Source: Octopus sinensis
Lineage: Eukaryota
DNA: 64,000 nt
Assembly: GCF_006345805.1 (NCBI RefSeq)
Contig: NC_043021.1
Span: 28,706,001-28,770,000, forward strand
Reading direction: 5' to 3'
Positions 26,269 through 36,948 of the stretch are shown here, one piece after another. Every line of letters starts with the position of its first letter. Positions within the stretch are counted from its first letter, which is position 1. A model generated the notes under the pieces. The model was not told where the DNA came from. It searched no databases and worked only from the letters and a program-made list of their open reading frames with translations. A program made the translations under genes and the position numbers.

Positions 26269-26863
26269 TCGAAATGATATACACATACATACTGTACATG
26301 TATATATACATATATATACATGCATATATATATACACATATATGTATATATATATATAAATGTATATATATATATGTATATATATGTGTGTGTGTGTGTG
26401 TGTATGTATGTGTGTACTAAAATATATCGATGTAGGTGTGCGTCTGTACGAGTGTTTGTGTGTGTCTCTATATGAGGTTATGTGTGTATGTGAGTGTATA
26501 TGTGTGTGTTTAGTACATTGTATATTTTTCTGTATATTAGTAAGCTTCGTTTTGTTTCGTTTTTTTTTCACGCAGTCAATGTGGACAAATGTCAATGTAT
26601 CACGCCACTAAACTGAAGATAAGAGAGCGACATTCTATTACATAATGACCTATTGTATCACTTTATTATATTATTATTAAATTATATTATATTATAATAA
26701 TGCATCGTATTATATTATTATATTATACTGTATAATGCATTGTATTACGTTGTAAAGTATTGCATTTTACTGTAACACATTATATTGTATATTGTGTTAA
26801 CTGATACGATATACAATATAACAGAATCGAATACAAACAGTTTCATCAAGCTATCTCTTTCTC

Positions 26864-26954
<91 letters not shown>

Positions 26955-26955
<1 letters not shown>

Positions 26956-27341
26956 GAAATATTAAAATTACTAAGTCTCTCTAAAAGAGAACAATGGCAG
27001 CGTTCCCGGAAAATAATAGTTATCGCCATACTAATATGGCATTCTTATAAAAATAAGAATAAAGCTGTCCGCTTATTAGCTCCATGAGGCCATCGCCTTA
27101 AGATAGCTATTTGATACACAAACTGTATCCATATAACCTTCGAACAAGGGAGGTCAGTCGCTCCACACTACTTGACCGGCAGCTACAGACGCGTTTCAGG
27201 GTATTGCCCCTTTTCAATGCAGCGTAGCTAGATACAGTTTGTGTATCAAATAGCTAACTTAAGGCGATGGCCTCATGGTGCTAATAAGCGGACAGCTTTA
27301 TTCTTATTTTTATAAGAATGCCATATTAGTATGGCGATAAC

Positions 27342-27347
<6 letters not shown>
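26955..27347. mobile_element. Fold-back element: 117-bp inverted arms around an HHR-like spacer
   Basis: Arms 27013-27129 and 27231-27347 have 2 mismatches. A ~55-bp unique left extension is present, and (TA)n flanks both sides. Confidence 0.75.
27181..27229 (-). ncRNA. Hammerhead-like motif with non-canonical core
   Basis: Minus strand: agctacg CTGCATTGAAA aggg-gcaata-ccct GAAA CGC GTC tgtagct. All three stems form; stem III is the palindrome ACGCGT. Confidence 0.55.
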
Positions 27348-27420
<73 letters not shown>

Positions 27421-28215
27421 GGCGGTGCCCCAGCATGGCCACAGCTCATTAGCTGAAACTGGAAAAATCAAAATCAAAATCATATATATATATATATAGG
27501 GAGAGAGAGATACATAGATAGATACATACATACCTTCATACATATATACATACACCTACATATATATGTGAGTTTCAGATGCTGAAGTGGAAATACACAA
27601 CACCATCTCTTCGGTTATCTGGCCATCTGAAAAACGCTATGAAAAAATACCGTTATATAAAGGGAAATTACTGTGTTATAATTCTGCTACTTATATAAAA
27701 TAAGATTAAAAGTTCATAGAAAACACGTAAACATGGCTAGTCATACGCTCACATGTGCACTCGCGAACCCTCGTGCGTACTTATACGTCACTATGAAAAC
27801 GTACACATCTTCCCTCGCATTTTTCGCCAAATATATACGCATATATATACAAACTTATACACACACACGCGTACCGTAAAAGTTCATACGTACGTCTATA
27901 TACGCACAAGCACAAGAAAAACCATGGTTAAAGGTAACAGAAAAAAAACTTAAGGAAGTATACAAAGCATAAAAACCACGTTCATATACGGACATGCCCC
28001 TATGCACTCATACACACACACACGCCCATATATGTACATACCCGCACATGTTTATATACGCATACACACACACGCATATACAAAAAAATGAATATACATA
28101 TGCCCCGCCCCCCAAAAAACCCCCTAAAAATGTGTGTGACGATGGTGTTAGAACATGAACATTGTTAGAAATAAGAGCTAAAAAGCTCTAATGCTGTAGT
28201 TAAAGCATATAATTG

Positions 28216-28370
28216 TATACATATGTATTGACAGGGACTGTAATCACCCGAAAACACAGGTCGATAATTCTCTGTACTGACCAGTCAGCTTCGGCTAATT
28301 ATGTAGCCTCACCAGCAGGGACCGCTCGATTTGGTTGATTCCGGATAATTCCCTGTCAGTACATATGCAT
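28216..28370. mobile_element. MITE-like element
   Basis: Inverted ends catatgtattgacaggga (28220-28237) / tccctgtcagtacatatg (28350-28367), 1 mismatch. Confidence 0.5.
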
Positions 28371-28996
28371 TGATCATATAAATCTATGGATAATTTAGCG
28401 AATCGCTAATGCGTATACAAAATATTTATATAAACAGTTGTGTGCAATGTGTATGCATACAATATTATATATATATATATATATATATATTAATCAATAT
28501 AGGCCGCTGGTGGCAAAAAAATTCTACAAAATTTTTTTTTGCCACCCTATATTGATTAATTATGAATTTTCTGGTTAATTCCGTAATGGAATCGACGGCT
28601 TATATCTATTTGCTGCCGATAAATTTGGCGCGAGTGCGATGATTTGAAAATTTTAGGTCAGATATTGCCTTGGCAGGGTCGGAAATGCCTCGTGAAAATA
28701 TCTGTTCCGACTTGGCTATTTCTTACTGAAGAATCTGAGGGCCTATGGAAGATTGGCTTGATTTAATTTAATCAGGTTAGTTTACCATTAAACAGCAGAT
28801 GAAACGGTGCATCGTATAAGAAATTACAGGGTAAATGTTTTTAAAATTTTCTCCTGGTTTACGGAATTGATTTTTATTTGCGGTTGAAGCTTTGGCTGTT
28901 ATTTCTAGTGGGTGAATGGCCTATTATGGCCGTTCCTTGATTGTTGATATATATATATATATACATATATTGTGTATATATATGTATATGTATATA

Positions 28997-29065
<69 letters not shown>

Positions 29066-29122
29066 TACACATATATACATATATAAATACGGACATATCA
29101 TACATATGTATATATATATATA

Positions 29123-29729
29123 TATATTGTTATATTTCGGAATGGTCATATTGCCAGTTTAGCCAATAAAAACACACGCACTATATATTTGGTGTTATTT
29201 TGCTTCAGTGTTATTTATTTTTTACATTAAACTTAATCTTATTTCGGCCAGAGTTATTTCGTCACACTCCTGTGACTGCATCATTGGTCCTTTGTTTTCT
29301 TCTTTCTTATTTGTGTCTCTCCTTACTAACCGTCAGCCATTTTGTATTTTTATTGTATGTCTTCATTTGCGCATGCTTATATCTCTATGTGCGTCTATGT
29401 TCACTCATAAGAATAAACAAAAACAACAACAAAAACAAATTACATGAACGTATATAAACAGAAGATACAAATATTACAGGCATCCCCCACACACATACAA
29501 TAGAAATACAAAATGGCTGACGGTTAGTAAGGAGAGACACAAATAAGTAAGAAGAAAACAAAGGACCACTGAGGTGGTCACAGGAGTGTGACGAAAGAAC
29601 TCTGGCCAAAATAAGATTAAGATTAATGTAAAAAATAAATAACACTGAAGCAAAATAACACCAAATATATAGTGCGAGTGTTTTTATTGGCTAAACTGGC
29701 GAAATGACCATTCTGAAATACAACAATAT
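29123..29729. mobile_element. Inverted pair of pLTR-like arms
   Basis: Arms ~29123-29360 and ~29493-29729 with a ~130-bp spacer. Each arm has an HHR-like motif. Confidence 0.75.
29563..29607 (+). ncRNA. Hammerhead-like motif, variant core (mirror copy at 29246-29290, minus strand)
   Basis: ggacca CTGAGGTG gtcac-aggagt-gtgac GAAA G-AA-CTC tggcc. The mirror copy has core ATGATGCA. Confidence 0.45.
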
Positions 29730-29782
29730 CTGTTTCAACACACGACGTCACATAAAAAATCTTGCACAACAAATATATAAAC

Positions 29783-29844
<62 letters not shown>

Positions 29845-29845
<1 letters not shown>

Positions 29846-30226
29846 AATCTTTACTTGTTTCAGTTATTTGACTGCGGCCATGCTGGAGCACCGCCTTTAG
29901 TCGAGAAAATCGACCTCGGGACTTATTCTTTGTAAGCCCAGTACTTATTCTATCGGTCTCTTTTGCCGAACCGCTAAGTGACGGGGACGTAAACACACCA
30001 GCATCGGTTGTCAAGCAATCCTAGGGAGACAAACACAAACACACAAACACATACACATACATGCATATACAGATATACATATATACGACGGGCTTCTTTC
30101 AGTTTCCGTCTACCAAATCCACTCACAAGGCATTGGTCGGCCCGGGGCTATAGCAGAAGACACTTGCCCAAGATGCCACGCTGTGGGACTGAACCCGGAA
30201 CCATGTGGCTGGTTAGCAAGCTACTT
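29845..30226 (-). mobile_element. OK-like SINE, split by an insertion; its 5' end continues at 32511-32530
   Basis: The SINE sequence breaks at gttagcaagctactt and resumes with accacacagccactcc after the same 15-mer at 32496-32510. Confidence 0.85.
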
Positions 30227-30399
30227 TATTTCAAAACATTTGCCATAAAGGCAGTACACAGATTAAGTTAGCTTTGCGGGCTGGACGAGGACATTAATGA
30301 AGTGAATGATAATGAAAGACAGATGATAAGGATGGGAGAAGACAAAAAGCGCCCGCCGACTTTCGCTTCTCTAAAACATTGTTCTTTTTAAAGATAAAC

Positions 30400-30534
30400 A
30401 CAAAACGAGGTATTAAACCTCTTACAATTTTTCAATTTTTGGACTTAGCAGTCCATTATTAATAAAAATACAAAACGAGGTATTAAACCTCTTACAATTT
30501 TTCAATTTTTGGACTTAGCAGTCCATTATTAATA
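30400..30534. repeat. Perfect 65-bp direct repeat, 70-bp period
   Basis: acaaaacgaggtattaaacc...gtccattattaata at 30400 and 30470. Confidence 0.9.
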
Positions 30535-30549
30535 CTAACAGTTCAATAA

Positions 30550-31788
30550 TTACATATCGTCCTCGAAATAGCTTGTGCCCGCGCCCTCCACCATCAACCA
30601 CGCCTCCCTCAGAACGTAATCAAGTTCCGAGTTCGCGTCGCCCGGGACCAAGTTATAATCTTCATTGAGCTCCTTTAGCCCAAGCGTCACGTCGAACGCC
30701 ACGGCCTCCACAGCTATCTGCGGAGGCCATTCGGGGTCCTGTGTGAAGGCTAAAGGTGCTCCCTTGTGGTGCTCTTCCATCATTTTTTTTTCAATTTCTC
30801 CTCCTCTATAGAAGAGGACCAATACGTTCAGTTCTTTCGTTGGCGGCACAGTTCCCGCCAACGGTATTCCTTCTCTTGTCGGTGGCACAACCCCAACCGA
30901 CGTAGTTCCGGGACATTCCGGTGCTACACTGACAGCCGGTAATGTCCCGTTTTTCTTCCTCTTTTTCTTTTTTTTCCCTTTTCAACTGAGGGAGGGTGCG
31001 TCTCCTCCGTGGCTGGAAGATTCGCCTTCCTCTCCTCATCCCTATTATCCTTTGGTGAGCACTCATTGTTGCTCACCTTCCTCTTTCGGCCTCTGTTTGA
31101 GGAGTCCTCTGCTTTCTCGGCCGTTATCGTTCCCTCTTCTAGAGGGGTTTTACTTAACTGTTCCGGGATCCTATTTTGTTCCCGAGGACAGTTCTTCTTT
31201 ATGTGGCCGGACTCCAAGCACCGATGACACTTAGGGGGGCGACCCTCAAGCATCACCGGGTACCTGCACCCGGCCATTTTCAAAAAATCTGGAAGAACCA
31301 GATTGGCTGATTGGGTCCACAGGGTCAAAATTGCTTTTGACCCACCCAAGCAGCCGCAGGAAGAACTTTTACATTAAGGAGCTTAGTTTCGCTGCCACCC
31401 AGACCCCGGCGGATAGTCTCCTCTATCCACTCGGGTTCTATGTCGGGTGGCAGCCCGCAAATCCAAGCTTTCATCAATTTCTTTTTTTGTACGTGGGCAG
31501 GAATAAGATTTCCTTACCCTCCAGGGGTTTGCTAGCAAATTTGCAAGCCTCTTCAGGGGTGTCAAATAGCAACCACACCGTTGCATATTTGACACCCCTG
31601 GAAATGAATTTAATTGTTGTCAAATACTCTTCCAACTCCTTTTCAATTGCCGTCTTTTCGAATAGGGCGATGGTGTCGAGTGCCTTGGAGTAGGTTCTCA
31701 ACACCACCGTCCTATCTTCACGGTCTTTTAACCACTTTTTAGGTGGTATGATTTCCCATTCCAAAATTTTGTTATTTTTCATTGCCAT
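30550..31788 (-). pseudogene. Gag-like ORF1 (RRM-like region plus CCHC knuckle), frameshifted
   Basis: MAMKNNKILEWE...IKFISRGVKYATVWLLF...FLPTY; VMLEGRPPKCHRCLESGHIKKNC; ends SYFEDDM*. Confidence 0.8.
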
Positions 31789-32532
31789 GTTTTTTTTAAA
31801 TATATTCAAATTAAACTCAAAAAGCAAGAAGAAAAAAGTTCAAAAGTCCAAATAAAATTTGATAGATTTTTGAAAAAACAAAAAGGAGAAAGCACAACAG
31901 AAGGGAAGAAATCAACGGAAAGTCGCAATAAAGAAAAAAAAAAAAACAAAACAAAAGGGGGGGTTAAATGAAGTTCAAAAGAAAGTTAATAAACAGAAAA
32001 AACACAGCAAAAATATTATGGCCTTGCGGTACTCCCGGCCTGGGTTGAACCTGGAACGCCGCAACTGCAACACAACCTCCACAAAAATGCATCCGAAAGG
32101 TAATCCAATAGTGGCTTATTTTTATAATTTTCTTGCGAAGTACTCTGACAAGGGAATAAATTCAACAAACCCAAACACAGCACTGGCTACCGCCAACGGT
32201 AATTTTAACAGTAACTGTATTGAATTCCGAGGATACGCCCCTCCACTGTTTTTTCTTTTTTTTTCAATGAACACAAAAACGGCAGCCGCCGAGAGCAGGC
32301 GAAATTGTCTCAGAGTTTGACACAACTTACTGAAATAATAATTGGGACGCAATAAATTATGCCCAACTCACAATAAACAAAATCACTTACCTCGACAACT
32401 TTCCGTTTTTAGTCTTTTTTCTTTAATTGGACGGAGCTGGTTGACTCGCGTCCACTCTGGCTGAACAGGAAGCAACTGACTAACTGCGCATGTGTGTTAG
32501 CAAGCTACTTACCACACAGCCACTCCTGCGCC

Positions 32533-32594
<62 letters not shown>

Positions 32595-32813
32595 GTAGGT
32601 ATATACATATATATATATATATATATTATATATATAAATATAAACATATACATATATATTCATTTCTATATACGTGTGTATTTATGTATATACATACATA
32701 TATACATTTGAAATATGATTTAGCGAATCGCTAATGTGTATACAAGAACTTAATATAGACAGCTGTATGCGATACATATATATATATATATATGTATATA
32801 TGTATATATGAAT

Positions 32814-32855
<42 letters not shown>

Positions 32856-32856
32856 G

Positions 32857-32888
<32 letters not shown>

Positions 32889-32894
<6 letters not shown>

Positions 32895-33016
32895 TAAAAT
32901 TACTAAGTCTCTCTAAAAGAGATTACGGCAGCGTTACTGGAAATTAATAGTTATCGCGACAGCTTCAGTCTTATTTTTATAAGACTGCCATATTAGTATG
33001 GCGATAACTATTAATT

Positions 33017-33020
<4 letters not shown>
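32889..33020. mobile_element. Collapsed copy of the 26955-27347 fold-back element
   Basis: Same left extension (atattaaaattactaagtctctctaaaagag) joined almost directly to the outer right arm (ttatttttataag...atggcgataactatt). Confidence 0.7.
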
Positions 33021-33090
<70 letters not shown>

Positions 33091-33159
33091 ACATATATAC
33101 ATATATATGTATTGCATACAGCTGTCTATATTAAGTTCTTGTATACGCATTAGCGATAT

Positions 33160-33344
33160 ATATATGATAGATCGTTAGCCACTACACACATTTTTTTTCT
33201 CTCCTTGTTTTTCTGTGTCCATTCCTGTAGAAGAGCGTAGGCTCGAAACGTAAAATAATTTTTCTATTCCTGAACGTTATACTAATACATCTGTTTGTTT
33301 TGTACACCACATGTCTTCGTCTTTTGTTTTTTTCGTAAACCTCT

Positions 33345-33345
<1 letters not shown>
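33160..33345 (+). mobile_element. PLE-type pLTR end with HHR-like motif at 33220-33256
   Basis: CTGTAGAA gagc-gtag-gctc GAAA C GTA. Stem III is the palindrome ACGT; stem I is poor in this copy. Confidence 0.5.
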
Positions 33346-33400
<55 letters not shown>

Positions 33401-33450
33401 ATTATATATATACATATATGTATATATATATATATGTTCATATATATGTA

Positions 33451-33495
<45 letters not shown>

Positions 33496-33554
33496 TATAT
33501 GTATATATAAATATGCATATATATATATATATATTATATATATAATAATAGTAA

Positions 33555-33640
33555 ATATTAGGGAATAAATCCAAATTTACAGGGAAAAAATCAGATTTAG
33601 AATTAAATACAATTTTATAGTAAAATATTATATAATATTA
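33555..33640 (-). repeat. PLE pLTR terminal motif
   Basis: Reverse complement matches ctataaaat..atttaat.ctaaatctgatttttt.cctgtaaatttggat.tat.ccctaata at 1355-1430 and 5965-6040. Confidence 0.75.
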
Positions 33641-33666
33641 ATATATATGTGTATTGTATATATATA

Positions 33667-33732
<66 letters not shown>

Positions 33733-33735
<3 letters not shown>

Positions 33736-34095
33736 TGTCCACAAATACACTTCCTGAATTCAAACAGATATAACATGTAAATTGTAATAATCTTTCACAG
33801 TCAGTAGCTTCAGATGCAGGATTTCATTCATGTGGTAGAGGGTAGCATTAAAGGCACCCAATGTGCGCCCCTTCTGGTTGCTGGGAAAACATCGAAGCGT
33901 TAGTCCAGCTCAGTCCAGACACTCAGCAGCGTGTCTGGATTTACCCTGCGAACTGCTTCAATGATCGAAATTTTCAGCTTTTCCAAGGTTGCACGTAGTG
34001 GTGGTACGTAAACTGTGCTCTTCGCGTAACCCTAAATAAAGAAGTCAGAAGCAGTTAGATCCGGTGATCTCGCAGGCCACTTACAAAACACCTAA
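33733..34095 (-). mobile_element. Tc1/mariner-superfamily transposase 3' end plus TIR
   Basis: Minus strand reads WPARSPDLTASDFFI*GYAKSTVY. The element ends at TA|cagtgtcc. Confidence 0.75.
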
Positions 34096-35579
34096 TCATC
34101 TCGTCATAAATGTTTGTGTGTGTGTGTGATAAATAGATATAGATATATTTGTATTGAGGAATATAGCAAGTAAATTATGCACTACGACTGGACGCCCAAA
34201 ATATAAATCCGTAAACTGATATCTTGACAATATATTATATTATGAATAACTATATTTCTCTCGACACTGAAGAATACATTATCTGCCTTCTTGAACATAA
34301 TAACGACGAACAACATGGTTGTTGTTGTTGTTGTTAGTGTTGTTGCTTTTATTATGCACACGAGTCGTCTGTCATAGAGGACAGCAAGTATGATTTTACG
34401 ACCGTTGTGTTTTTACAAGCGCATTAGTAACCTAACGCGAAATGATGAGATCTTGTAAACTATGATTTGAAGTCTTGTCAATTGTGTCAAAATTAGGAAT
34501 TATTTATTATCAATAAAATGGTAAAAATCGTTATTGTTATTATGATGTCGATGAAAATGGAGATGGTTCGATAGTACGCTAGGCAAACGTCTTGTGTTAT
34601 TTAGTTATGTGGCGAGAGTTATTCTGTCGGCTGGTTTTTAACATCTCCACTTGGTTCTTAGTTGCATTTAGCACAGTTCACTCTATGGGAAGGATTCGAT
34701 TCATGTTTCCGATTCGAGGATAATTTGCTCAGCCACACAAGACCCTGAAATGAAAAGGGTTACTCTATTACTATTTTACCACAACGCTAGGTCTCCTATT
34801 GCCGGTGACTCGATTTCCATGACATATAAACGACCGAAATCACAATATTCCTCTTGAACGAGACTGCAGTCGTTGCGGGGTTGAAAGTCGGAGATTCTGT
34901 GAGGCGGGAGAGAGGAGGGAGCAAGTCGATTGAAGTAATCACTTGATTGGTACTTTATTACATCGATACTGAAGTGGTGAAAGGGAAAGTTGAACGTTTG
35001 CCTTCAAATCGTTTGCCTTCAAGAAACAACACTAAAGTATTTTTTCCGATATGTGGACGATTCCTATATATATTTCGCAGCCAAAATACGGATAAAACAG
35101 TAAAAGAAAGAAGAGGTAAAAAAAAAGTAATTATATATTTCTTAGTTTCATCTAAGTTCGAATGATGTTGGCTGTGTAATATTGCTTGCAATGTTACACA
35201 GCCAAACTGGCGCATAATTGGAAGATACTTTGAAAGTAAAGGCCCCTGAAATGTGAATACGAACGGAATAAAAGAAGTTTCATATAAATCAGACCAGTAG
35301 TTATTGATGTATTCTGGGTTTGGGGGTATAAATACTCAAAACGGTGCATAATGGGAAAAAACCACGAAAATAACTTCACCCTAACAGGGAAGAATCTCTA
35401 ACCTTTCTATTAAACGCATTATGATTGGCAAAATATTTTCAAGTGGAAAGGAGCCGTGTATGCGTGATTTCGATGTCACATTCGCTCAAAGCATGTGAAA
35501 TAACATGGAAAAAAAAACACGAAACAAAACTCAGTTGCTGGGATACTCAGACTTCAGCGGTGACCTAACGGGTCACGGG

Positions 35580-35910
35580 TCGTCTACTTATTTCTTTCCT
35601 TCGTCTTCTTTCCTTCGTTCTCGTTCTACTCATTCTTCATGCCCCTTCTTTTCTGATTCTCCCCTCCTCCCCTCCTTCTTCTTCTCTCTTTTCCTCTTCC
35701 TCTTCCTCCTCCTCTTTCATATCTTCCTGTACTCCTCTTCTTCCTCTCATTCTTCATGTCCTTCTTCTCTTCCTTCTCCTTCATCATCATCATCCATCTT
35801 TTTCATCTTCTCTTTCTCCTTTTACTCCTTCTTCCTCATTTTCACCTCCTCCTCCTTCATATTTTCGCATTTCTTCCCTGTTTCATTTTTCTTTCTTTTT
35901 TCCACCATGC
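35580..35910. repeat. Polypyrimidine low-complexity tract
   Basis: TTC/CTC-rich run. Confidence 0.8.
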
Positions 35911-36399
35911 AAATCTTTCTGATCGCTTCTGTAATACTTACACCAACAGACATAAACACTTAATACGAGATAATAATCATAATCAAGGAAATTAAACTTT
36001 TCTTCCTAATTACCTTATAACATTTCTGATCTTTGGAAACTCATCGATATTAATTGTTTGAATAATTAAACATATATTCTTTGTTTTGTTTGCGTTTTTT
36101 TTTAATAGTAACATAACTTTGCTCATTACATTATTCTATTGTAGTGTTATCTAAAGCTGAACGAAGCAAACATCTTAATTAACGCCTTCCATCACCGACC
36201 CCACCTCCACACATTTATTTTGATTAATGTGACAGAGATAATTAACTCGTTTTCCTTTGCGCAGAATAAAGAGGTTTTAATTCCTACTTGAATCCATTTT
36301 GCTTGATTTTACGACTTCAATATCGTAGAGAAAAGTCTGAACTTCACAACACCACGTTTCCACACAGGGCGTCGTTGTAGTCGTCGCTGCCGTTATTGT

Positions 36400-36740
36400 T
36401 GTTGCTGTTGTTGTTGTTCTACTTTTCAGATCACTCGGTCTTAGTTGCTCTGGTTGTGAGAATGGACAGCAACCTGTTGTCAGATGTCTCACAGGGTCTC
36501 TTTCTACAAATTATAACCTTTGGTACCTGGATGTTAATTCATCGTGGAAGACACTCAACACCCAAGCACCAATCTCAAAATCCTAGTTGTCCCCAACAGA
36601 GCAGTTTTGGGGTCTGCTCTGCCCTCATGTCAATTCCAATTTCTCGAATCTCATTGCCCACATTCTTGTAATTTAGCCTTTCAGTAGTCTATATTTTACC
36701 ATCTTTTTCAGCTCTTTGTTATCTATGCGTGCATCCTCAG
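36400..36740 (-). mobile_element. R4/Dong-like LINE extreme 3' fragment with (AAC)n tail
   Basis: Minus strand, with a frameshift, reads EIGIDMRAEQ..KTALLGTTRILRLVLG. Confidence 0.6.
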
Positions 36741-36784
36741 GTGTGGCAATATATATGATCTTTTTATTTTATCTACCGCAACAG

Positions 36785-36829
<45 letters not shown>

Positions 36830-36948
36830 GCTGGCCATTGATATATATTTTTTTTTGAAAGGGAATATATTTTTTTCGAAAAAAATTTTATCCTTCATTA
36901 GATATAAATTTAAGCGTTCACTTCCGGACTCTTTCACTCTGTGAGAGC

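Larger units (their letters stand above)
30227..32495 (-). mobile_element. ORF1-only (HAL1-like) Tx1-related retroelement, 2269 bp, 15-bp TSD
   Basis: TSD gttagcaagctactt at 30212-30226 and 32496-32510. It carries a single frameshifted ORF1 and no EN/RT. Confidence 0.85.

Noticed and set aside
34600-35560. Possible promoter (more CpG, an ATTGG box)
   Set aside because: There is no associated gene or transcription start evidence, and part of it is a degenerate Nin-type SINE (~34947-34996).
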